A stretch of 64,000 nucleotides of DNA from Bacteroidota bacterium. Lineage in GTDB: Bacteria; Bacteroidota; Bacteroidia; UKL13-3. Of this stretch, positions 37,222 through 48,552 are shown piece by piece (position 1 is the first letter of the stretch; each line of letters opens with the position of its first letter). A program made the translations under genes and the position numbers. Below the pieces are notes generated by a model. It searched no databases and was not told the DNA's origin. It was given only the letters and a program-made list of their open reading frames with translations. Where the stretch lies: positions 15,421 to 79,420 of the forward strand of contig JANYDU010000001.1 in NCBI GenBank assembly GCA_025359805.1, read 5' to 3'.

Positions 37222-38184
37222 ATCGACCACTTCATCCAACAATAATTTTTTATCAATGGGAACAACACCCACTTCTTCGCAAACCAAACCACCGGCTAAA
37301 TTAGAGAGTTCGGCAATTTGTTTATTTGAACATTGCAATGCCAAACATAACGAAGCAACACTAATTACAGTATCTCCCGCTCCGCTTACATCGGCAATTT
37401 TGCGCAAGTGAGCAGGGATATATTCAAACATATTTCCATCTGTTATCATCACACCATGTTCACTCATTGTTACAAACAAATTCTTCAAGTTCATTTCTTG
37501 CATCAACTCTTTTACTACTTGTTCAAATTGAGGTTTATTATGAATATCAAAATCTTTATGAAAGCCTTCTTTGAGTTCTTTTAAATTGGGTTTAAAAAGT
37601 GTAGCACCTTTATAAGAAAGAAAATTTTTCCTCTTTGGGTCAACAGCAATAGGAACATTTTTTTCTGATGCTTTTGATATGATTTGCTGAATATTTTTTT
37701 CGTCCAAAACACCTTTATCGTAATCTTCAAAAATTAATACATTGGTATCATCAAGTAGTTCCGAAACTTTCTCAACTAACTTAAATGAATCTAATTGATT
37801 AAGGTTATGAGTAATTTCGCTATCAATTCTGAGCATCTGTGTACTCTGTGCAATAACTCGTGTTTTAACTGTTGTAATGCGTTCTTTTGAAAGTACAATT
37901 CCACTTGTTCCTATTCCTTTTTCATTTAACAAATCAATCAAATCGTGCCCATCTTTATCATCACCAATTACCGAACATAAAATGGGTTTTGCTCCAAGTG
38001 CAACTAAATTCATCGCTACATTTGCCGCGCCTCCTAAACGATTTTCTTTTTTATTTACTGCCACAACTGGAACTGGAGCTTCGGGTGAAATGCGATCTAC
38101 TTTTCCAAATAAATAAGCATCAATCATCACATCTCCAACCACCAAAACTTTTAATCCATTAAATTTTTCTATTATATTTTTCAT
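37210..38184 (-). CDS. RfaE/HldE kinase domain (heptose-7-phosphate kinase, PfkB family), standalone
   Basis: VVGDVMIDAY, RISPEAPVPVV, GGAANVA, DYDKG, VDPK, PNLKE, DVSGAGDTV. Confidence 0.9.
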   Translation of the reverse strand: MKNIIEKFNGLKVLVVGDVMIDAYLFGKVDRISPEAPVPVVAVNKKENRLGGAANVAMNLVALGAKPILCSVIGDDKDGHDLIDLLNEKGIGTSGIVLSKERITTVKTRVIAQSTQMLRIDSEITHNLNQLDSFKLVEKVSELLDDTNVLIFEDYDKGVLDEKNIQQIISKASEKNVPIAVDPKRKNFLSYKGATLFKPNLKELKEGFHKDFDIHNKPQFEQVVKELMQEMNLKNLFVTMSEHGVMITDGNMFEYIPAHLRKIADVSGAGDTVISVASLCLALQCSNKQIAELSNLAGGLVCEEVGVVPIDKKLLLDEVVDLKM

Positions 38185-38187
38185 TCA

Positions 38188-38228
38188 TTTAGTTTTTAGC
38201 AGTTTGTTGTTGGCTTTTGGCTTTTAGC
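38188..38228 (-). repeat. GC(T/C)AAAA heptamer array abutting the hldE-like start codon
   Basis: Minus strand: gctaaaa gccaaaa gccaaca acaaact gctaaaa actaaa.. then ATG. Confidence 0.7.
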
Positions 38229-38236
38229 ACAATTTT

Positions 38237-39424
38237 TTAATTCAATTTATCAACAGTATTTTTAATTCTTTTTAAGGCTTCAGTTAATTTTTCATCACTG
38301 GTTGCATAAGCAAATCTAATACATTCGGGTGCTCCAAACGCATCGCCTGAAACTAATGCAACATGTGCCTTTTCTAATAAATACATGCATAATTCTTCTG
38401 ACGACTGGATGGTTGTTGTGCCATCTGATTTGCCAAAATAAAAACTCACATCTGCAAAAATATAAAATGCGCCTTCGGGTTTATTGGTTTTAAATCCCGA
38501 AATATTTTTCATTAAATTTAATACCAAATCTCGTCTGCGTTTGTATGCAGTTGCCATATCATGTGTGGGTTGCATAGTGCCTGTAAGTGCTGATAATGCT
38601 GCGCGTTGCGAGATACTGCTTGTGCCTGATGTATATTGACTTTGAATTTTTTCGCAAGCAAAAGCAATCTCTTTATTTGCACCCATGTAACCAATTCTCC
38701 ACCCCGTCATTGCAAATCCTTTTGAAACACCATTGATAGTAATCACTCTATCTTTTATTGCATCAAATTGTGCAATACTTTCATGTTTGCCAATAAAATT
38801 TATATGCTCATAAATTTCATCGCTCATAATATACACATGAGGATTTTTTTCAAATACGTTTGCTAATTTTTGTAATTCATCTTTTGAGTATACCGAGCCA
38901 GTTGGATTGCATGGAGATGAAAACATAAAGAGTTTTGTTTTGGAGGTGATAGCATTTTCCAATTGTTCGGCAGTAATTTTAAAGTCAGCATCAACAGTTG
39001 AATGAATAAATACAGAAATGCCTTCCACCATATTTACCATATCCGAATAACTTACCCAATATGGAGTTGGAATAATTACTTCATCGCCTGGATTAATTAA
39101 TGCTAAAATAGTATTGATGATAGATTGTTTGGCACCAGTTGAAACAACAATTTGATCAATGGCATAATCCAAATTATTATCATTTTTAAATTTATCGGAA
39201 ATGGCTTTTCGCAATTCGGGAATTCCGGCAACTGGTGTGTAAAAGGTATAGCCATCATCAATGGCTTTTTTTGCTGCATCTTTTATATGTTGAGGAGTTT
39301 GAAAATCGGGTTCGCCCAAGGTAAGATTAATAATATCCAATCCTTTGGCAGCAAGCTCACGGCTTAACTTCGACATTTTTATTGTTTTTGATTCAACAAT
39401 TCGTTCTAATCTATCTGCTAACAT
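38237..39424 (-). CDS. Class I/II PLP-dependent aminotransferase (aspartate aminotransferase-like)
   Basis: LGEPDF, YTPVAGIPELR, SPCNPTG, SDEIYE, NGVSKGFAMTGWRIGY, PEGAFY. Confidence 0.93.
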   Translation of the reverse strand: MLADRLERIVESKTIKMSKLSRELAAKGLDIINLTLGEPDFQTPQHIKDAAKKAIDDGYTFYTPVAGIPELRKAISDKFKNDNNLDYAIDQIVVSTGAKQSIINTILALINPGDEVIIPTPYWVSYSDMVNMVEGISVFIHSTVDADFKITAEQLENAITSKTKLFMFSSPCNPTGSVYSKDELQKLANVFEKNPHVYIMSDEIYEHINFIGKHESIAQFDAIKDRVITINGVSKGFAMTGWRIGYMGANKEIAFACEKIQSQYTSGTSSISQRAALSALTGTMQPTHDMATAYKRRRDLVLNLMKNISGFKTNKPEGAFYIFADVSFYFGKSDGTTTIQSSEELCMYLLEKAHVALVSGDAFGAPECIRFAYATSDEKLTEALKRIKNTVDKLN

Positions 39425-39471
39425 CTTTTAAAATTTGAAAGTGCGAATATAATTTTTTTGTAGGCAAAGGT

Positions 39472-40470
39472 TTATTTGATACTTGCTTTTAATATCTCAA
39501 TCTTATCATATAAAATTTTAAAAAACTGATTGCGTTGTTTTTCGGAAACACCGCTGATGAGAATTGATTTACGAACTAAATTTTTTATCCATGCTTCGTT
39601 CTCATTTACCAATTGAATATTGGTGGTGCTTAAAAAATTAAATGTATTATTGCTTACATATGCAATTCTGTTTTCGCCAAAAGTGGCTAAAATACTATTG
39701 TTGCCAATCATCACTTCGCTTCTGTATAAAGCAAAATTTTCAGCACCATTTTCTTCTTTGCCAATTAATTTTGAATTTTTTTCGGCTTTGCGTTTAAGTG
39801 TGTTTACAATTTCGGTAACATGATCGCACATTCTTAATGCTTGCTCTTTATCTTTAAAATATCCCGATTCCCAAAAATATTCAATTTGTTTTAGGGTGCT
39901 GTTTAGGGTATCTTCATTCCAAATTTCTGTTGAGTTTACCTTGTTATAATTTTTGAGTAATTGTTTTGACATGCTGATGAGTTCATCATCTATCATATCC
40001 ATATCAAAATTTTTGTCTTCAAAATCTACATCGTTTAAAATGCTTTTACTCCAATAAAAAAGTTTGAAACAAATAAATTCATCGTTCACAAAATGATGCC
40101 ATACCGGAACGTCATCGGCAGCATATAAAATGGTACTTCCTTCAACAGCGCTAATCCGATTTACATTTTCACTAAGTATACGAAGCCACTTTTTAAAATT
40201 CTCTTTTTTGTTTTCGAGTTTGATATAGTTAAACAAAACGGTTTCAGAATCGGGTTGAGTATTGGCATCGAAAGGAACTTTAAAATAACTGCATATCGAA
40301 GCTATTTCATCAATACTTAAAGGAGTTTCGCAACGCAATCTTCGGTATGCACTATCATTGCTCACACCAAGTAAATCGGCAAGTTCATCAACAAAAGAAA
40401 CATTTTTCCCTAAGGTTGATTTTACTTTTTTTAGAAAACCATCTTGAATTTGTTTTGCTTTTTCTTCCAT
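39472..40470 (-). CDS. Putative transcriptional regulator: N-terminal HTH plus uncharacterised C-terminal domain
   Basis: FVDELADLLGVSNDSAYRRLRCETPLSIDE is HTH-like; divergent from an OM protein gene. Confidence 0.65.
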   Translation of the reverse strand: MEEKAKQIQDGFLKKVKSTLGKNVSFVDELADLLGVSNDSAYRRLRCETPLSIDEIASICSYFKVPFDANTQPDSETVLFNYIKLENKKENFKKWLRILSENVNRISAVEGSTILYAADDVPVWHHFVNDEFICFKLFYWSKSILNDVDFEDKNFDMDMIDDELISMSKQLLKNYNKVNSTEIWNEDTLNSTLKQIEYFWESGYFKDKEQALRMCDHVTEIVNTLKRKAEKNSKLIGKEENGAENFALYRSEVMIGNNSILATFGENRIAYVSNNTFNFLSTTNIQLVNENEAWIKNLVRKSILISGVSEKQRNQFFKILYDKIEILKASIK

Positions 40471-40583
40471 AATAAACTTTTATTTTATGCTGCTTGTACA
40501 ATTTGTTTTGGCAAGTTATACTAATCTGTTTTGATGCCTTGCAAATAATGCAAAAAATTAGGTTGATGCAAATGATATAAGTG

Positions 40584-40607
40584 ATACTTGATATGTACTG
40601 CAAGTAT
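40584..40607. promoter_or_regulatory. 7-10-7 inverted repeat, candidate operator
   Basis: ATACTTG-atatgtactg-CAAGTAT in the divergent intergenic region. Confidence 0.4.
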
Positions 40608-40683
40608 TCAAATTTATCCTGCATAAAGTAGTTTTATTAGGTGTTTTGGCAACTATACTTTTGTTCCCGAAATCAAAAATAAA

Positions 40684-41559
40684 ATGAAAACAATCAATCT
40701 ATTAATCATACTTTTAATTGCATGTGTAAATTTAAATGCACAAGTATCTGATTCAACAAGAACTGATACATTTAAAATAATTAGAACTAACCTGCCTGCA
40801 GAAATTACACTAAAAGATGGCAATATTTTACGTGGTAATATTACCTATCAATACGACTCACTTGTTATGTTTAAATCTAATTTAATAGGCGAAATATCTA
40901 TTCCTCAGGACAAGATTCTAGAGATAAAATATTTCGATACTGATAAAACAGGAAACCAACAAGTATATATTAATTTGGCTAGTCGCTATTTCTTTTCTCC
41001 TTCAGCAATCAATATGAAAAAAGGTGATGGTTATTACCAGAATACTTGGTTCTCACTTAGTACATTTAATTATGCCTTCACAAACTATTTCACACTTGGA
41101 GGCGGATTTGAATTATTTTCATTGTTATTTGGAACACCTTTGGTTATGGTTACTCCAAAATTTTCAATTCCAATTAGCGATAATTTTCATGTTGGTGCCG
41201 GATATATGTTTATTGGCGTATTAGGAAAGGAAGGTGCTCATACTTTTGGGAATATTGCCTACGGCAACTTTACTATTGGTAGCTCAGATTTAAATTTCAG
41301 CATGAATGCAGGAACTAGTATCGATTACCCCGGAAAACCAGTGCTTACCGTTAACGCATTTGCTAAAATTTCTCCAAAATTTGGTTTCATGACAGAGAAT
41401 TGGCTTTTGCCAACATCTGATAGTTACTACAATGTTTACTCCTTTGGAGGAAGAGTTATAGGACGAAAAAATTTGTTCGATATAGCCTTTATCACAAATC
41501 CTGATATCGCAAAATTTATTCCGGCAATACCATACCTTACTTACACTTTGAGGTTTTAA
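40684..41559 (+). CDS. Outer-membrane protein with a small N-terminal beta domain and C-terminal barrel
   Basis: Signal peptide; EITLKDGNILRGNI..IGEISIP; amphipathic strands; ends YTLRF. Confidence 0.6.
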   Translation: MKTINLLIILLIACVNLNAQVSDSTRTDTFKIIRTNLPAEITLKDGNILRGNITYQYDSLVMFKSNLIGEISIPQDKILEIKYFDTDKTGNQQVYINLASRYFFSPSAINMKKGDGYYQNTWFSLSTFNYAFTNYFTLGGGFELFSLLFGTPLVMVTPKFSIPISDNFHVGAGYMFIGVLGKEGAHTFGNIAYGNFTIGSSDLNFSMNAGTSIDYPGKPVLTVNAFAKISPKFGFMTENWLLPTSDSYYNVYSFGGRVIGRKNLFDIAFITNPDIAKFIPAIPYLTYTLRF

Positions 41560-41686
41560 AACTTTGAATAGATTGCTTCGTTATGAAAAGATTATTAAAA
41601 AACATAAAAAACAGACGGATTCCATTTTTATTTAAGCGACAGGATTGATTAAGAGATAAGTCTTTTTGTCATATTATGATGATTCT

Positions 41687-41722
41687 AAAAGTTGGTAAGA
41701 ATATATATTCGAGCCAACTTTT
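41687..41722. terminator. Long hairpin between the OM protein gene and clpB (terminator or operator)
   Basis: aaaagttgg-taa-gaatat/atattc-gag-ccaactttt followed by ctttttat. Confidence 0.45.
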
Positions 41723-41851
41723 CTTTTTATAGGCGTTGAGAGTGCCAATATTTCCAGTATTTGTAAATGGTTTTAGTATTGAGGTAGACGGAAAACGTTG
41801 TTTGATTTTTTTCATTCAACGCTTAATATTCAATAGTCAAAATTTCATCTT

Positions 41852-44470
41852 ATGAACTTAAATAATTTTACCATCAAATCTCAAGAAGCCGTGGAGCAAG
41901 CCGTACAAATTGCTTTGCAAAATGGTCAGCAATCCATTGAACCTGCACACTTGTTAAAGTCGCTTATTCAAACGGATGAAAATGTGATCTCTTACCTATT
42001 TAAAAAACTAAATGCTAATCAATCCCGTATTGAATCTGCTTTGGAGGCTATGATAAAAAGCTACCCGAAAGTTTCAGGAGGCAATCAATATTTATCCAAT
42101 GATGCCAATCAATTATTAGTTAAAGCACAATCTTATCTTAAAGAATTTGGCGATGAGTTTGTTTCTGTTGAACATATTTTATTGGCTATGCTTGATGGAA
42201 AAAATCAAGTAGCTACTTTATTAAAAGATGCTGGACTAAACGTAAAGGATTTGAAAATTGCAATTAACGAATTGCGTGGTGGAAATAAAGTAACCTCCCA
42301 GAATGCCGAAGCACAATACAATTCGTTAAATAAATATGCAAAAAATTTAAATGAATTGGCACAACAAGGTAAGCTTGATCCAGTAATTGGACGTGATGAA
42401 GAGATAAGACGTGTATTACAGATACTATCCAGAAGAACAAAAAATAATCCTGTTTTAATTGGAGAACCTGGAGTGGGTAAAACAGCTATTGCCGAAGGTT
42501 TAGCTCATCGTATTGTAAATGGTGATGAACCCGAAAATTTAAAATCAAAAAAAATATTTTCGTTGGATATGGGTGCATTAATTGCCGGTGCAAAATATAA
42601 AGGTGAATTTGAAGAACGATTAAAATCTGTTATCAAAGAAGTTACTTCTGCCGATGGCGAAATCATTTTATTTATTGATGAAATACATACGCTTGTTGGT
42701 GCCGGTGGAGGAGGAGAAGGTGCAATGGATGCTGCCAATATTTTAAAACCTGCGTTGGCTCGTGGAGAGTTGAGAAGCATTGGCGCAACAACACTTGCCG
42801 AGTATCAACGCTATATCGAAAAAGACAAAGCATTGGAAAGACGTTTTCAAAAAGTGTATGTAGAAGAACCCGATACGGAAGATGCAATTTCCATTTTACG
42901 TGGATTAAAAGAACGTTATGAAGTGCATCATAAAGTACGTATAAAAGACGAAGCCATTATTGCAGCGGTTGAATTATCGCAACGGTATATTTCTGATCGT
43001 TTTTTGCCAGATAAGGCTATTGATTTAATGGATGAAGCTGCTGCAAAATTGCGTTTGGAAATTGATTCGGTTCCTGAGGAATTGGATCAGTTGGAACGAA
43101 GAATTATGCAATTGGAAATTGAACGGGAAGCCATCAAACGTGAAGGAGATACTAATAAAATAAAATCATTGGGAGAAGAAATTGCTAACCTTCAAAATGA
43201 ACGCAATTCATTAAAAGCAAAATGGCAAACCGAAAAAGCTGTGGTGGAAGGAATTCAAGCTTCCAAACAAGAAATTGAAAATTTAAAATTGGAAGCGGAG
43301 CAAGCCGAACGTAATGGAGATTTTGCAAAAGTGGCGGAGATCAGATATGGAAAAGTGAAGGAAGCAGAAAAGAAAGTGGATGAGTATAAATTGAAGTTGG
43401 ATGAAATGCAAAGCGATTCACCTATGGTGAAAGAGGAAGTAACCAGTGAAGATATTGCTGATGTAGTTTCACGCTGGACAGGTGTTCCCGTTACGCGTAT
43501 GTTACAAAGCGAGCGTGAAAAATTATTGAATCTGGAAGATGAATTACACAAACGAGTGGTTGGACAAGAAGAAGCAATTGCTGCAATTTCTGATTCGATA
43601 AGAAGAAGTAGAGCGGGGTTAAGTGATCCAAAACGTCCAATTGGGTCATTCATTTTTTTAGGAACAACGGGTGTTGGAAAAACAGAATTGGCAAAAGCAT
43701 TGGCTGAGTTTTTATTCAATCAAGAAAATGCGTTGGTACGAATTGATATGAGTGAATATCAGGAAAAACATACGGTAAGTAGATTGATTGGTGCGCCTCC
43801 CGGATATGTGGGTTACGAAGAAGGCGGACAGTTAACAGAAGCCATTCGCAGACGACCATATTCGGTTATATTGTTGGATGAAATTGAAAAAGCGCATCCC
43901 GATGTATTTAATATTTTGTTACAGGTTTTGGATGATGGAAGATTAACAGATAATAAAGGTCGTGTTGCTAATTTTAAAAATACCATTATCATCATGACAT
44001 CAAATATTGGCTCCCATATTATTCAGGAAAAATTTGAAAAATATAATGAGAGCAACAAAGAAGAAGTAATTGCAGAAGCAAAAGTGGGCGTGATGGATTT
44101 GTTAAAACATACCATAAGGCCAGAATTCTTAAACCGTATTGATGATGTGATCATGTTCACTCCGCTTACCCGTGAAAATGTGCGTGAGATTGTAGAACTG
44201 CAATTTAAAGCGATTCAAAGAACATTGAGTGAGCAAGGCATTGCATTAAGCGCAACAGAAGAAGCATTGGATTGGTTAGCGCAATTAGGCTATGATCCAC
44301 AATTTGGCGCAAGGCCTTTAAAAAGGGTGATGCAAAAAAGATTGCTCAATGAATTATCAAAAGAGATCCTTGGGGGCAAAGTAAAAAAGGATGCCAAGAT
44401 TTTGATCGCATTAGATGATAAAAACCAATTTGTATTTAATAATGAAGATGAATTTGTGGATATTGAATAA
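41852..44470 (+). CDS. clpB: ATP-dependent chaperone ClpB
   Basis: Two AAA modules ([16 protein letters not shown]), coiled-coil middle domain, [17 protein letters not shown]. Confidence 0.98.
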   Translation: MNLNNFTIKSQEAVEQAVQIALQNGQQSIEPAHLLKSLIQTDENVISYLFKKLNANQSRIESALEAMIKSYPKVSGGNQYLSNDANQLLVKAQSYLKEFGDEFVSVEHILLAMLDGKNQVATLLKDAGLNVKDLKIAINELRGGNKVTSQNAEAQYNSLNKYAKNLNELAQQGKLDPVIGRDEEIRRVLQILSRRTKNNPVLIGEPGVGKTAIAEGLAHRIVNGDEPENLKSKKIFSLDMGALIAGAKYKGEFEERLKSVIKEVTSADGEIILFIDEIHTLVGAGGGGEGAMDAANILKPALARGELRSIGATTLAEYQRYIEKDKALERRFQKVYVEEPDTEDAISILRGLKERYEVHHKVRIKDEAIIAAVELSQRYISDRFLPDKAIDLMDEAAAKLRLEIDSVPEELDQLERRIMQLEIEREAIKREGDTNKIKSLGEEIANLQNERNSLKAKWQTEKAVVEGIQASKQEIENLKLEAEQAERNGDFAKVAEIRYGKVKEAEKKVDEYKLKLDEMQSDSPMVKEEVTSEDIADVVSRWTGVPVTRMLQSEREKLLNLEDELHKRVVGQEEAIAAISDSIRRSRAGLSDPKRPIGSFIFLGTTGVGKTELAKALAEFLFNQENALVRIDMSEYQEKHTVSRLIGAPPGYVGYEEGGQLTEAIRRRPYSVILLDEIEKAHPDVFNILLQVLDDGRLTDNKGRVANFKNTIIIMTSNIGSHIIQEKFEKYNESNKEEVIAEAKVGVMDLLKHTIRPEFLNRIDDVIMFTPLTRENVREIVELQFKAIQRTLSEQGIALSATEEALDWLAQLGYDPQFGARPLKRVMQKRLLNELSKEILGGKVKKDAKILIALDDKNQFVFNNEDEFVDIE

Positions 44471-44639
44471 GCGGAAAAAGAATACGTAATAATCCAATCT
44501 AAATGATAAGGAAGAGTAACTATATAGTACTTTAGAGCAACCACCAAGTATAGTGATTGAACAGTTAAATTTTGTATATTGACACCGCAAATTACTAATC
44601 CGAGTTAACCAAAAAACAATACAAATTGAATGACTACCT

Positions 44640-45053
44640 ATGTACTTTAAACCACCTTATTTATTAACTGAATTTGTTTTTAAGACCAGCCGGAGTGGGG
44701 GCAAGGGTGGGCAAAACGTGAACAAGGTTTCTACAAAAGTTTTATTGGAGTTTCCTATTCTTTCATCTCAACTATTAAATGAAGAAGAGAAATCAATTTT
44801 GCTTGAAAATTTGGTCGGTAAATTAACCAAGGATAGTGTATTACAAATTGTGGCGCAGGAAGAAAGAAGTCAACTAGCCAACAAAGAAATTGCATTAAAG
44901 AAAATGTATGCGTTGCTGAATAAATGTTTTATAGTAAAGAAAAAACGCAAGCCTACCAACCCTTCAAAGCCTTCAGTTGAAAAAAGATTGCAAGGCAAAA
45001 AACGCGATGCTAAAATTAAACAATCAAGAAAAATTAATATCGATGATGAATGA
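44640..45053 (+). CDS. arfB: Alternative ribosome rescue peptidyl-tRNA hydrolase ArfB
   Basis: SRSGGKGGQNVNKVSTKV, RSQLANK, basic tail RKPT.PSK.SVEKRL..KK. Confidence 0.93.
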   Translation: MYFKPPYLLTEFVFKTSRSGGKGGQNVNKVSTKVLLEFPILSSQLLNEEEKSILLENLVGKLTKDSVLQIVAQEERSQLANKEIALKKMYALLNKCFIVKKKRKPTNPSKPSVEKRLQGKKRDAKIKQSRKINIDDE

Positions 45054-45223
45054 TTTTAGTTATCTAAATATTAGAAAATTAGTGTCCAGTTTTATGCAGT
45101 AGTATCGGCACAATTATTTATCAGATAGTTACTTAATTTTAATAGATAAGTAAGCAAGTTTTTTTTGATTCAATTCTAACATAAAATATGTTATTATTGC
45201 CACAATTATAAAAAACAGATAAA

Positions 45224-46048
45224 GTGCGAAGATTTTTAGTACAACAAAAATATACATTCATCTTGTTAGGATTAGTTCTGGTGGGGCTTAATTCATGCTC
45301 TTACAAAAACAAGAATATTCTTTTTAAAACCAAGAAAGAAGTAAAATCAAATGATCCTGTGAAAGTTATTGAAATAGATAACAAAAATGATTCTTTATCT
45401 ACTTACAGACACAGAATAAAAGTTGGTGATCGTTTACAAGTAAAGTTTTTGAACAATTATGATATTGGACAAGGAGCGTCTCAAAGTGCAACTTCTTTTG
45501 CAAATTCATCAGCAACAGGGGTTGAGGAAAAAGGCTATTTAGTAAATTATGATAGTACTACAACACTACCTTTAATCGGTCGAATTAATATTGTTGGTTT
45601 AACACGTCTTGAGGCCGCAAAAAAATTGGAAGACTTATACAGTAAATTCATTATTAATCCAATTATTGATTTAAATATAGCTAATTTGAGTGTTACAATT
45701 TTAGGAGAAGTAAATATTCCAGGTAAAACAAGAATAGATAAAGAAACTACTACTTTGATTGATGTGATAGCTTTGGCTGGTGGACTTAAAGATTTTGCTA
45801 AAAAAAACCAGAATGCACGAATTATTAGAGGAAATAAAATCATACTTGTTGATTTAGGTAAAATAGGTGCTATTGGAGATCCTGAATTAATAATACACGA
45901 TAATGATGTAATTTACATTGAACCATACGGAGTGAAGGCTGCTACAGAACCATTCAATGCCCTACTGCCAGTTAGTACTTTGTTAATTGCTGTTACACAA
46001 CTAGTAATACTATCTTTTCAACTTTATAACCTCGCCAAAACAAAATGA
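45224..46048 (+). CDS. wza: Polysaccharide export lipoprotein (Wza-like; Poly_export plus SLBB)
   Basis: Lipobox LNSC; IKVGDRL; LPLIGRINIVGLT; VTILGEVNIPG; LIDVIALAGG. Confidence 0.88.
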   Translation: MRRFLVQQKYTFILLGLVLVGLNSCSYKNKNILFKTKKEVKSNDPVKVIEIDNKNDSLSTYRHRIKVGDRLQVKFLNNYDIGQGASQSATSFANSSATGVEEKGYLVNYDSTTTLPLIGRINIVGLTRLEAAKKLEDLYSKFIINPIIDLNIANLSVTILGEVNIPGKTRIDKETTTLIDVIALAGGLKDFAKKNQNARIIRGNKIILVDLGKIGAIGDPELIIHDNDVIYIEPYGVKAATEPFNALLPVSTLLIAVTQLVILSFQLYNLAKTK

Positions 46049-48552
46049 GTGACTCAAAAGAAACTGGATTTTTAGATAACAGAAATAAGGTTATTGATGT
46101 AAATAAGATATTTGTTATCCTTCTATCTAGATGGTATTTGATTGTTGGATCTATTTTAGTTAGTTTACTAACGGCTAATCTTATGCTTCGTTACGCTCAA
46201 CCAATCTATTTAGCAGAACTTACTTTGAAATTAGAAGATGAAAAACCTAATCAACTTAATGATATTTTCAAATTCGGAAGACCTGCTGGAAAATTAGATA
46301 ATCTTTTAAAAACAGAGAGTGAGATTATTAAATCCAGAACTATGGGCATTAAGACTCTAAAAAAATTAAACTACTTTATTACATACTCTATTAAAGGCAG
46401 TATTATTTCAAGAGAGCTCTATCCAAATAATTTTTTTTATATTTCTTATTTATATGTTGATAGTTCCTTTAAAAATAATAAATATGTAATTAAGTTCAAG
46501 AATGTTTCAACATTTGAAATTGGAATTGATGATGGCAATGTTCAACAAAACGACTTTGAAACTCATCATATAAATGACACTTTTATTTTTAATAGGTCAT
46601 TACTAATTGTCAATCTTACAAATGAAAATCTTCTCAAATCATATCTTGGAATACCAATAAACTTTAAGATAAATGATATAGTTTCTTTAGCAAGTTCATA
46701 TTCGAGTAATTTAAATGTTGAAATTGAAAAAGGTGCTAGTATTTTGAATATGAGTTTTAGTTCCAAAAATGCTGAATTCTCAGCAGATTATCTAAATGCT
46801 ATAACTCAAGTTTATATTGATGAGTCAGTAAACTTAAAATCTCAAGCACTTCAACAGACATTAACTTTCTTGAACGACCAACTTATTGACTTATCTCAGA
46901 AAGTAAGAACTTCTCAAAATGATTTGACTAGCTTTAAAACCCAAAACAAGGGGGGAGAATTAGATGATGTTGGTATTAAGCAATTGGATAAGCTTACAAA
47001 ACTAGAAACAGAAAGAAATATTTTACAGTTAAATTTAAGAATGCTTTTACAGTTGGAAGCGAATGTGAAAAATCCGAAAAACAAATCATTGAGCTATATG
47101 ACTTTTGACAATGAAGATTTTCAGGCTCTCCCTCAACTTTTTAGTCTACTTAACATATTATTAATGGAAAAAATTTCCTTATTATCTCAACATACTTCTA
47201 ATAGTCCTATCGTAATTGAAAATCAAAAAAAATTAGATGAAGTCAAGGAATCTATTCTTAAAAATATTGCCTCATTAAAAGAGAAATTAGCAGAAAAGAT
47301 TAATTACAACAATAATTTAATTAGTGAAACCAATGGAGAGCTTTCTTCACTACCCGCTAAACAACAAAACTTAATCAATATGCAAAGGGAGTTTAAGGTA
47401 AATGAAAAAGTTTATAATTATCTTTTAGAAAAGAAGTTGGAAACTTCAATTAGTCGCTCTTCTATTATTTCTAATGCTACTGTAATTGATAATGCGCTTA
47501 TTCCTACAAATCCAATTTCACCCAAAAAAGACAAGAATTATCTAACTGCATTGATTATAGGATTTGGGTTTGGAATGTCTTTAATATTTATAATTCGTCT
47601 TTTAAATCAAAAAATCCCCGACAAAGAAACTATCGAGTCCCTAAGTAATACCCCTGTTATTGGAGTAATTAAAAAAGTGAATTCGGATGAAGAGCAAAAT
47701 GCGGAATATGATGTATATGTTTTTAAGGGGCCCAAATCTATTTTTACAGAATCAATTAGAGGTATTAGGACAAACATCAATTTTATTCTCAAAGGGGAAA
47801 AAAATAAATCAATAAGTGTTACATCTACTGTGAGTGGTGAGGGGAAAACATTTTGCGCTATTAATATTGCAGCATCTTTAACTATGCTTAATTACAAGGT
47901 AATTATTGTTGGTTGTGATTTGAGAAGACCTAAAATACATCTTTCCTTTCAAGGAATGAGTAATGATATTGGTTTAACCACTTACCTTATAAAGAAAAAC
48001 ACACTTGATGAAGTAATTTTAAAAACAGATTTTGAAAATCTATATGTACTTCCTGCTGGACCAACCCCTCCAAATCCAGCCGAATTATTACAAACTGATG
48101 AAATGGAAAAGCTTTCAGCTATTCTTAAAACAGATTTTGATTATGTGATTTTTGATAATGCACCAGTAGGAATTGTCTCTGATGCTTTTTCACTTATGGA
48201 AAAAGCCGACTTGAATTTATTTATCATTAGAGCTCAATATTCAAAACGTGATTTTGCTTTAATTCCTGATAGATTAAAGATAGAAAGTGAAATCCCTAAT
48301 TTATATACTATTTTGAATGCGTATGAAGAGACTTCTGTAACTTATAGTAGTATATACAAATTGGAAAAAGGAGGTGCGGCCTCAGGAGGAGGATATGGTT
48401 ATTATTATGTAGGATATAATGGAGGGTATGGATATTATGGTAAAAAATATTATTCATCTTACTATTCTGGCTATTATAGTGATGAAGAACCTAAACAAAA
48501 ATGGTGGATGAAATTATTCAACAAAAAAAGAAAAAAAACGAACAATGTCTGA
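46045..48552 (+). CDS. wzc: Polysaccharide co-polymerase/BY-kinase (Wzc)
   Basis: Two TM segments; TSTVSGEGKT, GCDLRRP, IFDNAP; C-terminal Tyr cluster. Confidence 0.93.
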   Translation: MSDSKETGFLDNRNKVIDVNKIFVILLSRWYLIVGSILVSLLTANLMLRYAQPIYLAELTLKLEDEKPNQLNDIFKFGRPAGKLDNLLKTESEIIKSRTMGIKTLKKLNYFITYSIKGSIISRELYPNNFFYISYLYVDSSFKNNKYVIKFKNVSTFEIGIDDGNVQQNDFETHHINDTFIFNRSLLIVNLTNENLLKSYLGIPINFKINDIVSLASSYSSNLNVEIEKGASILNMSFSSKNAEFSADYLNAITQVYIDESVNLKSQALQQTLTFLNDQLIDLSQKVRTSQNDLTSFKTQNKGGELDDVGIKQLDKLTKLETERNILQLNLRMLLQLEANVKNPKNKSLSYMTFDNEDFQALPQLFSLLNILLMEKISLLSQHTSNSPIVIENQKKLDEVKESILKNIASLKEKLAEKINYNNNLISETNGELSSLPAKQQNLINMQREFKVNEKVYNYLLEKKLETSISRSSIISNATVIDNALIPTNPISPKKDKNYLTALIIGFGFGMSLIFIIRLLNQKIPDKETIESLSNTPVIGVIKKVNSDEEQNAEYDVYVFKGPKSIFTESIRGIRTNINFILKGEKNKSISVTSTVSGEGKTFCAINIAASLTMLNYKVIIVGCDLRRPKIHLSFQGMSNDIGLTTYLIKKNTLDEVILKTDFENLYVLPAGPTPPNPAELLQTDEMEKLSAILKTDFDYVIFDNAPVGIVSDAFSLMEKADLNLFIIRAQYSKRDFALIPDRLKIESEIPNLYTILNAYEETSVTYSSIYKLEKGGAASGGGYGYYYVGYNGGYGYYGKKYYSSYYSGYYSDEEPKQKWWMKLFNKKRKKTNNV

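Noticed and set aside
41722-41748. Complete CIRCE operator for clpB
   Set aside because: The right arm GAGTGCCAA is present, but the left-arm position reads tctttttat.
41733-41748. Sigma-54 promoter on the minus strand (TGGCACTCTCAACGC)
   Set aside because: GG-N10-GC spacing fits, but TTGC is absent and it points antisense into a 3' region; likely chance.
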